Shown: positions 35,819-45,385 of the stretch, one piece after another | How the letters are laid out: each line of letters begins with the position of its first letter | Numbering within the stretch: position 1 is the first letter of the stretch | Source: Deltaproteobacteria bacterium | GTDB lineage: Bacteria > Myxococcota_A > UBA9160 > PR03 | Length of the DNA stretch: 64,000 bases | Reading direction: 5' to 3' | NCBI GenBank assembly: GCA_035063765.1 | Contig: JAPSFT010000010.1 | Span: 80,401-144,400 of the forward strand | Translations under genes and position numbers: made by a program | The notes under the pieces: generated by a model | The model's database searches: none | Seen by the model: only the letters and a program-made list of their open reading frames with translations | Told to the model about the DNA's origin: nothing

Positions 35819-38125
35819 GTGTCCGAGAGCGAAAGCGTCCAGATCGGGGCCCGCGAGGGTCTCGTCTTCGTGGTGGAGGGGGACGGGAGCGCGCGGGTGC
35901 GTTGGGGGGAGGCGGCCGATGCCCTCGGTCCGATCGCCCTGCGCGCGCAGGCGGGCGCCGTGGCACGCGCCTCCCGCATCGCCGGCGCGCAGCGCTTCGC
36001 CGGCGAGGACGATCTCGGTGGCTTCGACGCGCTCGCGCTCGACTGGGAGCCGGCCGCGCCGCTCGCCGTGCGCAGCACCGTGCGCGCCTACCGCGAGCGG
36101 CCCCTCCTGGTCTTCCGTCTCGAGGCGGCGGAGACGCTGCGCCGCTTCGCGACCGGCCGCTTCGACGAGCCCTCGCTGGCCTGGCCCTGGTGCCGGCCGG
36201 GCGAGCGCCGGGTCGGCGGGCTCCCCGAAGGCACGCGCGCCTTCGGCCACGCCTACACCGAGTTCGCGCTGCCGACCCAGTCCGATCCCTCCTGCGCGAG
36301 CTTCTTCCTGCTGCCCTTCCGGCCGGCCGTCGTCTTCCCGCTCTGGCTCGTGGCGCCGGGCGGAGACGCGCTCCTGCTGGCGCCGCTCGACGCCTTCCAC
36401 GAGCAGGTGATCGCGGTCCCGCGCGACCCCGAGGCGGCGGCCTCCGGGCTGCGCTGCGGCTGGCACGGCGATCTCGACGCGGCGCCGGCCGGCTTCGCGA
36501 GCGAGCTCGCGCTGTGGGCCGCGCCGGGCCCGCGCGCGGCGCTGGACGCCCACGCGGCCGTGCTGCGCGCGCGCGCCGGGACGCGGCGTCCGGACCGCTA
36601 CGCCGACACGCTCGGCAGCCGGCTCTCCTACTGGACCGACAACGGCGCGGCGTACTGGTATCGCACGGAGCCGGGAGCGGGCGGCGTCGCCGGGACGCTC
36701 GCCGCGGCGGCAGGCGGACTGCGCGAGCAGGCGATCCCCTTCGGCGTCTTCCAGCTCGACTCCTGGTTCTACCCGCAGGAGACGCCGCGCCCCTTCGACG
36801 ACCCGGACGCCTCGGTGCCGCCCACGGGACTCCTCACCTGGGACGCGCGCGCCGACGTCCTGCCCGAGGGCATCCCCGCGTTGCGCCGCGCGCTCGGCGA
36901 TCCACCGCTCGCCGCCCACTGCCGGCACTTCTCGTCGGCGTCGCCGTACTTCGAGACGCACGAGGCCTGGCGCGACGGCGACCGCGCGCACCCGACGGGG
37001 CCCGCCCTCTACGAGGAGCTGCTGCAGCGGGCCGCCGGCTGGGGCGTCGAGACCTTCGAGCACGACTGGCTGATCGAGTGCTTCCTCGGCGTGCGCGGGC
37101 TGCGCGCGGCGCCCGGGCGGGCGCGCGCCTGGCAGGAGGGACTCGACCGGGCGGCGGCGGAGCTCGGCCTCACGCTCCAGTGGTGCATGGCCTCGCCGGC
37201 CGACTTCCTCCAGACGGTGACGCTCGAGCGCGTCACCTCGATCCGGACCAGCGGCGACTACCGCTACCTGATCGGCCCTGCGGCGCTCTGGACCTGGTTC
37301 CTGCACGGCAATGCGCTGGCCCGCGCGCTCGGCCTGTGGCCCTTCAAGGACGTGTTCCTCTCGCGTCGCGACGGCGGCGGCCCGCGCGACGGCGATCCCC
37401 ATGCGGAGCTCGAGGCGCTGCTCGCGGCGCTCTCGGGCGGGCCGGTCGGGATCGGCGACCGGGTGGGACGCAGCGACCGCGCGCTGATCCTGCGCACCTG
37501 CCGCGAGGACGGCGTGCTGCTGAAGCCCGACGTGCCGGTGGCGGCGCTCGACCGATGCTGGCGCGGGCACGCGGTGCTCGAGCCGAACCCGCTGGTCGGT
37601 GAGGCCCACAGCACGCATCCCGCGGGCCGCTGGCACTACCTGGTGGCGGTGAACGCCTGGCGCGGAGGGGAGCCGCTGCGCTTCCGCCTGCCGCTCGCCG
37701 ACCTCGGCACGCTCGCGCCGGCCGCGCCGGTGCTCGCCTGGGACTGGCGGCGGCAGCACGCCGAGGTGGTCCCTCCCGGCGGCGGCTTCGAGCTCGGGCT
37801 CGCCCCGCTCGACTGGGACTACCGGGTGCTCTGCCCGCTGCTGCCGGCGGGCCTCGCCGTGATCGGCGACGCCGGCCGCTACGCCACGGCAGGGGATCGC
37901 CGCCTGACCCAGGTCCGGGCCACGCCGGAGGGCGTGGCCTTCGACGCCATCGGTGCCGCGGGGGAGCAGGTCCGCATCACGGGCTGGGCGCAGCGGCGCC
38001 CGCGAGCGGCGCGAGCCGGGGCGCGGGCGCTCGCCGTCGACTGGGACGGCGCGAGCGCCCGATGGAGCGTCGCCCTCGCGATCGGCCCGGCGGGCCGCCA
38101 GGCGGTCGAGGTGACGGCGGGATGA
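35819..38125 (+). CDS. Cytoplasmic clan GH-D-like glycoside hydrolase/transglycosidase (GH27/36, raffinose-synthase-like), function unknown
   Basis: 768 aa, GTG start after GGGGAG, no signal peptide. Motifs YWTDNGAAYWY, FGVFQLDSWFY (compare GH36 FVLDDGWF), VETFEHDWL (compare the KWDxN nucleophile region) and IRTSGDY (compare GH27/36 W-R-x-S-x-D acid/base). Confidence 0.5.
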   Translation: MSESESVQIGAREGLVFVVEGDGSARVRWGEAADALGPIALRAQAGAVARASRIAGAQRFAGEDDLGGFDALALDWEPAAPLAVRSTVRAYRERPLLVFRLEAAETLRRFATGRFDEPSLAWPWCRPGERRVGGLPEGTRAFGHAYTEFALPTQSDPSCASFFLLPFRPAVVFPLWLVAPGGDALLLAPLDAFHEQVIAVPRDPEAAASGLRCGWHGDLDAAPAGFASELALWAAPGPRAALDAHAAVLRARAGTRRPDRYADTLGSRLSYWTDNGAAYWYRTEPGAGGVAGTLAAAAGGLREQAIPFGVFQLDSWFYPQETPRPFDDPDASVPPTGLLTWDARADVLPEGIPALRRALGDPPLAAHCRHFSSASPYFETHEAWRDGDRAHPTGPALYEELLQRAAGWGVETFEHDWLIECFLGVRGLRAAPGRARAWQEGLDRAAAELGLTLQWCMASPADFLQTVTLERVTSIRTSGDYRYLIGPAALWTWFLHGNALARALGLWPFKDVFLSRRDGGGPRDGDPHAELEALLAALSGGPVGIGDRVGRSDRALILRTCREDGVLLKPDVPVAALDRCWRGHAVLEPNPLVGEAHSTHPAGRWHYLVAVNAWRGGEPLRFRLPLADLGTLAPAAPVLAWDWRRQHAEVVPPGGGFELGLAPLDWDYRVLCPLLPAGLAVIGDAGRYATAGDRRLTQVRATPEGVAFDAIGAAGEQVRITGWAQRRPRAARAGARALAVDWDGASARWSVALAIGPAGRQAVEVTAG

Positions 38126-39135
38126 GCGGCGGGCGGCGCGTGGTCGCAAGCGCGCCCGCGCGCGCCAACCTGATCGGCAATCCCTCCGATCTCTACGGCG
38201 GCGCGGTGCTCGGCTGCGCGGTGCCGTTGCGGGCGCGCGTCGCGCTCGAGCCGGCCGGTGGGCTCGAGATCGCGAGTGGTGGCGCGAGCGCGCGGGTCAC
38301 CGGGATCGCCGACCTCGGCCTGCGCGGCGATCGCTTCGACGTCGCGCGCGCCGCGCTGCGCGCCGAGCACGCCCAGACCGGCGTGCTGCCGGACGTGCGG
38401 ATCGACTTGACGACGGAGATCCCCTTCGGCAGCGGCATCGCGGGCTCGACGGCGCTGCTGCTCGCCCTCCTGCGGGCGCTGGCCGCGTGGCGCGGCGAGG
38501 CGCCGTCCCCTTACGCGCTCGCGGAGCGCTCGCGTGCCACCGAACGCGGGCTGCTCGGGGTCGCCTGCGGTTGGGTCGACCACTACCTGTGCAGCTTCGG
38601 GGGGCTCCGCTACGTGGACCTGCGGGGCAAGGAGCGCGACGACGCACCGCCCGGCTGCCCCTATGCGACCGTCGAGGACCTGGCGCCGCACGTGCCGGAT
38701 CTCCCCTTCCTGCTCGCCTTCACCGGCGTCGCCCACCACTCGGGCTCCGTGCACGCGCCGATCCGCGCGCGCTGGGAGCGCGGCGAGGTCGCCGTCGTGC
38801 AGGCCTATCGGCGCATGGGCGCGATCGCGCGCGAGGGCAAGAGCGCGCTCCTTCACGGAGACTGGCCGGCGCTCGGCGCCCTCTTCGAGGAGAACCACGC
38901 ACTGACCCGCTCGCTCGGCGGGTCGGCGGAGGCCGTCGAGCGCCTGATCGGGGCCGCCCTGCGCGCGGGCGCAGCGGGCGCCAAGCTGGCCGGCGCCGGC
39001 GGTGGCGGGACGGTCGCCGTGCTGTGGCCGGATCGCGATCCCGCTCCGCTCGAGCGCGCGCTGCGCGCGGCGGGCGCCGCTGCGCTCTATCGGCCCGCGC
39101 CCGTCGAGGGCGTGCGCCTGGAGGAGGATCCGTGA
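38122..39135 (+). CDS. GHMP kinase, glucuronokinase-like subfamily
   Basis: ATG overlaps the upstream stop (ATGA at 38122-38125). Motif I variant ARANLIGNPSDLYGG, motif II EIPFGSGIAGSTALL, motif III KLAGAGGGGTVAVL. Confidence 0.8.
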   Translation: MSGGRRVVASAPARANLIGNPSDLYGGAVLGCAVPLRARVALEPAGGLEIASGGASARVTGIADLGLRGDRFDVARAALRAEHAQTGVLPDVRIDLTTEIPFGSGIAGSTALLLALLRALAAWRGEAPSPYALAERSRATERGLLGVACGWVDHYLCSFGGLRYVDLRGKERDDAPPGCPYATVEDLAPHVPDLPFLLAFTGVAHHSGSVHAPIRARWERGEVAVVQAYRRMGAIAREGKSALLHGDWPALGALFEENHALTRSLGGSAEAVERLIGAALRAGAAGAKLAGAGGGGTVAVLWPDRDPAPLERALRAAGAAALYRPAPVEGVRLEEDP

Positions 39136-39986
39136 GCTACGAGACGTTGCGGACCGCGAAGGACGAGGGCGTGCTGACCGTCACCTTGAACCGCCCGGAG
39201 CGCCTGAACGCCTTCACGAGGCAGATGATGCACGACCTGCTGCAGCTCTTCGACGCCGTCGACGCCGACGACGAGGTGCGCGCCGTGGTGGTGACGGGCG
39301 CGGGGCGCGGCTTCTGCGCGGGCGCCGACCTCGGTGGGGGCGGCGGCACCTTCGACGCGGGCACGGCCGCGACGGCCGAGGTGCCGCGCGACGGCGGCGG
39401 GCGCGTCGCCCTGCGCATCTTCGAGTGCCGCAAGCCGGTGATCGCCGCGATCAACGGACCGGCGGTGGGTGTCGGCGCGACCATGACCCTGCCGATGGAC
39501 GTGCGCATCGCGAGCGAGGCGGCGCGCTTCGGATTCGTGTTCTGCCGGCGCGGCATCGTGCCCGAGGCGGCGAGCTCGTGGTTCCTGCCGCGCGTGGTCG
39601 GCATCTCGCGGGCGATGGAGTGGGTGGCGACCGGGCGCGTCTTCCCGGCCCAGGAGGCGCTCGCCGGCGGCCTGGTGTCGCGGGTGGTCGCGCCCGGCGA
39701 GCTGCTGCCCGTGGCGCACGGGATCGCGCGCGAGATCGCCGACCACACGAGCGCGGTGTCGGTGGCGCTGGCCCGGCAGATGCTGTGGCGGATGCTCGGC
39801 GCCGACCATCCGATGGAGGCGCACCGCGTCGACTCGCAGGCGATCTTCGCGATGGGCCGCTCGCCCGACGCCTACGAGGGCGTGCAGAGCTTCCTCGAGA
39901 AGCGCCCGGCGCGCTTCTCGATGAAGGCCTCCCGCGACATGCCGGCGTTCTTCCCGTGGTGGAAGGAGCGCCCCTTCCGCGCGTAG
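39132..39986 (+). CDS. Enoyl-CoA hydratase/isomerase (crotonase) family protein
   Basis: GTG overlaps the kinase stop (GTGA at 39132-39135), after GGAGGA. Motifs LNRPERLNAF, VVVTGAGRGFCAGADLG and INGPAVGVGATMTL. Confidence 0.85.
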   Translation: MSYETLRTAKDEGVLTVTLNRPERLNAFTRQMMHDLLQLFDAVDADDEVRAVVVTGAGRGFCAGADLGGGGGTFDAGTAATAEVPRDGGGRVALRIFECRKPVIAAINGPAVGVGATMTLPMDVRIASEAARFGFVFCRRGIVPEAASSWFLPRVVGISRAMEWVATGRVFPAQEALAGGLVSRVVAPGELLPVAHGIAREIADHTSAVSVALARQMLWRMLGADHPMEAHRVDSQAIFAMGRSPDAYEGVQSFLEKRPARFSMKASRDMPAFFPWWKERPFRA

Positions 39987-39989
39987 CAC

Positions 39990-41042
39990 CTACAGGAAGA
40001 CCGGATGGACCGCGTTCACGAGGAGGCCCAGGGCCAGCAGCAGGCCGGCGAGCCGCGTCAGCAGGAAGGCCCAGGCCACGTACCAGAGCGGCCAGAGGGG
40101 ATACCCGGGCGGCGCCGCCGCCGGGCGGGGCGCGCCGATCGTCCGGATCACCTGCCGCGCGCGCGGCAGGGCCGCGAAGGTGGCGAGCGTCCAGAGGCCG
40201 AGCGTTCCGGCGAGGACCAGCACGCCGACCACGGCGAAGTACGCGACGATCAGCGCCTGCGCCACCCAGCGCGCCTGGCTCTCGCCGAGCAGCACCGGCA
40301 GCGTGTGGATGCCCTTGGCGGAGTCGGCCTCGAGCTTGTCGATGTGCTTGCCGAACAGCACGACCGTGACCAGCAGCGCGTAGGGGAGGCTCGCCGCGAT
40401 CACCCAGGCCGGGATCTGTCCGGTGGTGACGAAGTAGGTGCCGCCGATCATCAGCGGTCCCCAGACCAGGAACACGCCCGGCTCGCCGAGCCCGTGGTGC
40501 TTGAGCTTGAGCGGCGGCGCCACGTAGAAGACGCTGATGAAGAGGCCCGCGAGCGCGAAGGCGATCACCGGCCAGCCGCGCTGCGCGTAGAGGTAGACGA
40601 GGATCGCGAGGTCGAGCAGGTTCGTGACCGCGATCGCCGTGACCAGGCCCGGCTTCGAGATCAACCCGGAGAGGATCGGGTGCGGCGCGTACTGGCCGCG
40701 CACGTAGCTCTCGGAGTCCACCCCGCCCGAGAGGTCGAACCAGTCGTTGATCATGTTGTTGGCGGCGTGGGCGAGCACGAGGCCGAGCAGGGCGAGCGCG
40801 AAGAAGCCCCCGTTCGCGTCCACCGGCGTGGGGCCCGCGACGGCCAGCAGGCCACCGAGCACGGCCGAGGTGATCGTCATCGGGAAGACACTCGCGCGCG
40901 TGATCAGGAGCCAGCGCGAGACGAGGTCGGGGCGCCCGCCGGCGCGCATCGCCGCCAGGTTCTGGGTCCGCAGCACCTCGGCCCAGCTCTTCCAGAGCGG
41001 GCGGGCGGGGGCATCGCTGCGCGTGTCGGCGGCGCTCGCCAT
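39990..41042 (-). CDS. UbiA family prenyltransferase (MenA-like)
   Basis: 350 aa with about 9 TM helices. First Asp-rich motif NNMINDWFDLSGGVD and second motif KHIDKLEADSAKG. Confidence 0.85.
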   Translation of the reverse strand: MASAADTRSDAPARPLWKSWAEVLRTQNLAAMRAGGRPDLVSRWLLITRASVFPMTITSAVLGGLLAVAGPTPVDANGGFFALALLGLVLAHAANNMINDWFDLSGGVDSESYVRGQYAPHPILSGLISKPGLVTAIAVTNLLDLAILVYLYAQRGWPVIAFALAGLFISVFYVAPPLKLKHHGLGEPGVFLVWGPLMIGGTYFVTTGQIPAWVIAASLPYALLVTVVLFGKHIDKLEADSAKGIHTLPVLLGESQARWVAQALIVAYFAVVGVLVLAGTLGLWTLATFAALPRARQVIRTIGAPRPAAAPPGYPLWPLWYVAWAFLLTRLAGLLLALGLLVNAVHPVFL

Positions 41043-41127
41043 CGGGGGACCTCCGGAGGGCCGCGAGGCTAGCGGCGTGCCTGCGCGGGGTCGAGCGCCG
41101 CGCTACCGATCCGAGCGGGAGGATGCG

Positions 41128-42693
41128 ATGCGCGCCGGCGCACGGCTCGAGACGCGGAGCGGCTGGATCGAAGGCGCGATCGAGGAGCCGGAGGCCGCGG
41201 GCGGCCGAGCGCTGCGCGTCTTCCGCGGCGTGCCCTACGCGCGCCCGCCGCTCGGCGCGCTGCGCTGGGCGCCACCCGCACGCGAGGCCGCCTGGCGCGG
41301 CGTGCGCGAGGCGCTGGCCTTCGGTCCGAGCGCACCGCAGCGCCCGAGCGTGCTGATGCGCATGCTCGGGATGGAGGGCGGTCCCGGGCACGACGAGGAT
41401 TGCCTCACGCTCTGCGTCTGGACCCCGGCGCGGGTCGAGGAGGGGCTGGACGGCGGGCGCCGCCCGGTTCTGGTGTGGCTCCACGGGGGCGCCTTCACGG
41501 GGGGAGGCTGCGCGCTGCCGGTCTACGACGGCGGCGCGCTCGCGCGCCGCGGCGACGTGGTCGTGGTGACGATCCAGTACCGGCTCGGCGCGCTCGGCTG
41601 GCTCGTGCTCCCGGAGCTGCTCGATGCGGGTGAGGCCGGCGCGAACTTCGGGCTGCTCGACCAGATCGCGGCGCTCGGCTGGGTGCGCGAGCACGCCGAG
41701 CGCCTGGGCGGTGACCCCGAGCGCGTCACGGTGTTCGGGGAGTCGGCCGGCGCGATGTCGATCGGTGCCCTGCTCGGCGCGCCCGCTGCGCGAGGGCTCT
41801 TCGCGCGCGCGGTCCTCCAGAGCGGCGCGGCCGACAACGTGACCCCGCGCGCGGGCGCCGAGCGCGTCGCCGCGAGCTTCCGCGCCGCACTCGGTGGGGG
41901 CCCCCGGGATCTCGCCGCCCTGCGCGCGCTGCCGGCCGAGGCGATCCTCGGCGCGCAGCAGCGCGCCGCCGACGAGAGCTGGCGCCACGTCGAAGGCCTC
42001 GCCTTCCAGCCGGTCTGCGAGGAGGGCGCGGCGGCCGCGGTGCTCCCCCGCCCGCCGCTCGCCGCGGTCGCCGGCGGCGCGGCGGCCGGCGTGGCGGTCC
42101 TCGCCGGCACCAACCGCGACGAGTGGAGGCTCTTCGCGCTCGCGGACCCCAAGCTCGCCGGGCTCGACGACGGGGCCTTCGTGCGCCGCGTCCTGCGCGC
42201 ACCGCCGCGCGGCGTCGGCGATCCGCACGCCTTCGCCCGGCGCGCGCTCGCGGGCTATCGCGCGGCGCGCCCCGAGGCGCCGCCCCGCGAGCTCTGGCTC
42301 GCCTTCCAGACCGACCGCGTCTTCCGGATCCCGGCGCTCCGCCTGCTGGCAGCGCAGCGCCCGCACGAGCCGCAGTCCTTCGCGTATCTCTTCACGTGGG
42401 CCTCGCCCGCGCTCGACGGCAGGCTCGGCGCCTGTCACGCGCTCGAGGTGCCGTTCGTCTTCGGCCGGGTCGACGGTCCGCGCGCCGCGCCGCTCGTCGG
42501 CGCAGGCCCCGAGGCGCGGCGCCTGTCCGAGCGCATGATGGACGCCTGGCTCGCCTTCGCCCGCGACGGCGACCCGGGCTGGCCCGCCTGGGACGACGCC
42601 AAGCGCGCGACCATGGTGCTCGGGCGCGAGAGTGCGCTCGCGTGGGACCCGGACGGGGCCGAGCGGCGCATCTGGGAGCCCGTGACGGGCTAG
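41128..42693 (+). CDS. Carboxylesterase/lipase, type B, paralog 2
   Basis: 521 aa from ATG 41128, after GGGAGGA. Motifs FRGVPYARPP, EDCLTLCVW, WLHGGAF and GESAGAMS. Colinear with the 17418-18929 product. Confidence 0.9.
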   Translation: MRAGARLETRSGWIEGAIEEPEAAGGRALRVFRGVPYARPPLGALRWAPPAREAAWRGVREALAFGPSAPQRPSVLMRMLGMEGGPGHDEDCLTLCVWTPARVEEGLDGGRRPVLVWLHGGAFTGGGCALPVYDGGALARRGDVVVVTIQYRLGALGWLVLPELLDAGEAGANFGLLDQIAALGWVREHAERLGGDPERVTVFGESAGAMSIGALLGAPAARGLFARAVLQSGAADNVTPRAGAERVAASFRAALGGGPRDLAALRALPAEAILGAQQRAADESWRHVEGLAFQPVCEEGAAAAVLPRPPLAAVAGGAAAGVAVLAGTNRDEWRLFALADPKLAGLDDGAFVRRVLRAPPRGVGDPHAFARRALAGYRAARPEAPPRELWLAFQTDRVFRIPALRLLAAQRPHEPQSFAYLFTWASPALDGRLGACHALEVPFVFGRVDGPRAAPLVGAGPEARRLSERMMDAWLAFARDGDPGWPAWDDAKRATMVLGRESALAWDPDGAERRIWEPVTG

Positions 42694-42736
42694 GCCTGCC
42701 TGTCCGCTCCCGCCCTCCCGGTTATGCTCCGCCGCC

Positions 42737-43384
42737 GTGTCGTCGATCCCGCTCCCGCTCCGCCAGCTCTCCGCCCGCGAGGCGCGCTTCTTCGCGGCGG
42801 CCGCCGACGCCGCGTTTCCGCACGGCACCACGCGAGACGGCCCGCCGCTGCCCTCCGGTACCGAGGCGGGCGTCGTGGCGCACCTCGATGGCTGGCTCGA
42901 GCTCCTGCCGCGGCGCAACCGCACGCTGATCCGCCTGCTCATCGTCTTCTTCGAGTACGCCACCTGGGTGCTCCCGGCGCCGGGCCGGGGCGGCCGCCGC
43001 CGCTTCACGGCGCTCGCGCCCGAGCAGCGCGTCGCGGTCTTCGAGGCCTGGAGCGGCAGCCGCCTGCGCCTGCGCCGGCTCGTGTTCGCGAGCCTGCGCA
43101 TGCTCCTGACCTCGTCCTACTTCGCGAGCCCTGCCGTCCTGCGCGCCACGGGGCTCGCGCCGCTCGCCTTCGCGACGCCGGTGGTCGAGGCGGACCTCCT
43201 GTACCCGCCGGTGGGCCAGGCGCGCGACGCGATCCGCTGGCGCCGCGAGGACCTCTCCCGCCCGCCGCTGCACGCTCCGCTCGACCCGCACGGGCCGCTC
43301 CATCCAGACTACACAGAGGAAGGTGCCAGCACCGGGGAGAGGGCCCGCGCCGGGGAGAGCGCCGGCGCCGGGGCACGCGGATGA
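42737..43384 (+). CDS. Gluconate 2-dehydrogenase subunit 3-like small partner protein
   Basis: 215 aa with GTG start. The N-terminal pattern LSAREARFFAAAADAAFPHG is typical of this family. Its stop overlaps the GMC gene start. Confidence 0.55.
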   Translation: MSSIPLPLRQLSAREARFFAAAADAAFPHGTTRDGPPLPSGTEAGVVAHLDGWLELLPRRNRTLIRLLIVFFEYATWVLPAPGRGGRRRFTALAPEQRVAVFEAWSGSRLRLRRLVFASLRMLLTSSYFASPAVLRATGLAPLAFATPVVEADLLYPPVGQARDAIRWRREDLSRPPLHAPLDPHGPLHPDYTEEGASTGERARAGESAGAGARG

Positions 43385-44904
43385 GCGGAGCCGTGCGCGT
43401 CTTCGCCGACTACACGGGTCCCGTGGCCGATCGCTGCGACGTGGTGGTCGTGGGCTCCGGGCCCTGCGGCGCGGTCGCCGCCTACGAGCTGGCCGCCGCC
43501 GGCCGCGACGTGGTGCTGCTCGAGGAGGGCCCTCCCTTCACGCCCGCCGACTTCGAGCTCGACGGCGCGCGCTCGATGGCGCGGACCATGCGCGAGGGCG
43601 GCCTGCGCTTCACCTCCGGCTACGTGATGCCGACCATGCAGGCGATCGCGCTGGGTGGGGGCTCGCTCGTGAACTCCGCGATCTGCGGGCGCTGCCCCGA
43701 CTTCCGGCTCGCCGAGTGGGCCGAGGCGGCGGCGCTCGAGCGCACGGCGCGCAGCGATCTCGACCCCCACTACGACGCGATTGCGGCCTTCCTCGGCATC
43801 GCGCCGACGCCGGACGAGGTGCAGGGGCGGCGCAACCTGCTGTTCCGGGACGGCTGCCAGGCGCTCGGCTGGGACAACGAGCCGTGCGCGCGCAACGTGG
43901 TCGGCTGCCGCGGCAGCGGCGAGTGCTTCACCGGCTGCCGCGCGCGCGCCAAGCAGTCGATGGACATCTCCTACGTGCCGGCGGCGATCCGGGCCGGGGC
44001 GCGCGTCTACACCTCCGTGCAGGTGCAGCGCGTGCTCGCGGCGGGCCGCCGCGCCGGCGGCGTCGAGGGCCGCGTGGCCGCGCCCTTCACCGGCGCGCCC
44101 GGACCGTCGTTCCGCATCGAGGCGAAGGCGGTGGTGCTGGCGGCGGGCGTGCTCGCGACGCCGCTCCTGCTGCGGCGCAGCGGGGACCTCGCGAACCGCT
44201 CGAAGCAGGTCGGCGAGAACCTCCAGTTCCATCCCGGGACTTCGGTGATGGGCGTCTTCCCGGAGCCCGTGGAGCCCGTCTTCGGGGCGACCCAGGGCTA
44301 CCAGTCGCTGCACTTCCTGCGCGAGGGCTTCAAGCTCGAGACGCTGTGGGCGCCGCCGGGCGTGCTGGCGGTGCGCCTGCCGGGGAGCGGGCTCGAGCTC
44401 GAGCAGAAGCTCCTCGACATGCGGCGCGCGGCGGTCTGGGACTGCATCGCGAGCTGCAAGCGCTCGCGCGGGCGGGTGCGCGAGCGGGGGCGCTCGCTCC
44501 AGCCCGCCGTCCACTGGCGCTTCCATCCCGACGACGCGCGCACGCTCGGCCGCGCCGTGTGGGCGCTCGCGCAGATCTTCTTCGCCGCCGGCGCCGAGCG
44601 CATCCTGCCCGGCGTCGCAGGCCTGCCCGACGAGCTCGGGTCGCTCGAGGCGGCGCGCGTGCTCGAGCGCCAGCCGCCGCGGGCCGCCGACCTGGTGGTG
44701 GCGTCGACCCATGCCTTCGGGACCACGCGCATGCACGGCGACCCCGCCCGCGGCGTCGTCGACGAGGACCTGAAGGCGCACGACCTCGACAACCTCTACG
44801 TGGTCGACACGGGGGTGTTCCCCGGCTCGCCGGCGGTGAACCCGATGTTCACCGGGATGGCGCTCGCGCGGCGTTCGGCGCTCGCCCTGGCGGCACGGAT
44901 CTGA
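43381..44904 (+). CDS. GMC family FAD-dependent oxidoreductase
   Basis: 507 aa. Motifs DVVVVGSGPCGAVAAYELA (FAD GxGxxG), GGGSLVNS, and C-terminal HAFGTTRMHGD...DNLYVVDTGVFP. Confidence 0.9.
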   Translation: MSGAVRVFADYTGPVADRCDVVVVGSGPCGAVAAYELAAAGRDVVLLEEGPPFTPADFELDGARSMARTMREGGLRFTSGYVMPTMQAIALGGGSLVNSAICGRCPDFRLAEWAEAAALERTARSDLDPHYDAIAAFLGIAPTPDEVQGRRNLLFRDGCQALGWDNEPCARNVVGCRGSGECFTGCRARAKQSMDISYVPAAIRAGARVYTSVQVQRVLAAGRRAGGVEGRVAAPFTGAPGPSFRIEAKAVVLAAGVLATPLLLRRSGDLANRSKQVGENLQFHPGTSVMGVFPEPVEPVFGATQGYQSLHFLREGFKLETLWAPPGVLAVRLPGSGLELEQKLLDMRRAAVWDCIASCKRSRGRVRERGRSLQPAVHWRFHPDDARTLGRAVWALAQIFFAAGAERILPGVAGLPDELGSLEAARVLERQPPRAADLVVASTHAFGTTRMHGDPARGVVDEDLKAHDLDNLYVVDTGVFPGSPAVNPMFTGMALARRSALALAARI

Positions 44905-45006
44905 ATCCCCGCGGGGTCATCCAGATTCTCCTCGGGACTTCACCGCGCGCTCCCGCCGGCCGATAGGAACCTCGGACCGGACCCGCCTTGGACCGCGAGG
45001 TTTCCG

Positions 45007-45369
45007 ATGCGACCTGCGCTGCTGCTTGCCTGTCTGTTCACGTTCGGGCTCGTCGGGCTCGTGCCGCTGGCCCCGCCGGCGGCGGCGGACCCGCTGCCGC
45101 CGGGCGCGCACCAGCCGCATCGGGACTGCCGCCGGCTCACCCGCCAGATCGCGCACTACGCGGACGTCGCCGACATGGCCCGCGATCGCGACGACGATCT
45201 GTGGGAGGAGCACACGCTCGAGCACATCAGTCGGCTCTCCGACCGGCGCGCCCGGCTCTGCCCCCAGTACGCGGACAAGCCGGCAGGCGAGGATCTGCGC
45301 AAGATGCTCGCGCTGCTGCGCGACGCCGCCAAGATCGCCGCCAAGCTCTACACCTGGGGCCTGCTCTGA
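45007..45369 (+). CDS. Small secreted hypothetical protein (120 aa)
   Basis: ATG lies 6 nt after GAGG. Signal peptide MRPALLLACLFTFGLVGLVPLAPPAAA. Two Cys and an acidic/His-rich helical body. Confidence 0.55.
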   Translation: MRPALLLACLFTFGLVGLVPLAPPAAADPLPPGAHQPHRDCRRLTRQIAHYADVADMARDRDDDLWEEHTLEHISRLSDRRARLCPQYADKPAGEDLRKMLALLRDAAKIAAKLYTWGLL

Positions 45370-45385
45370 GCTGAGCACCTGCTCT

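Noticed and set aside
39132-41042. The crotonase and the MenA-like prenyltransferase read as a menB/menA menaquinone pair.
   Set aside because: The crotonase has the generic GFCAGADLG oxyanion motif rather than the MenB-type signature I recall. It is translationally coupled to the kinase, and it is convergent with (not co-transcribed with) the prenyltransferase. No other men genes are present.
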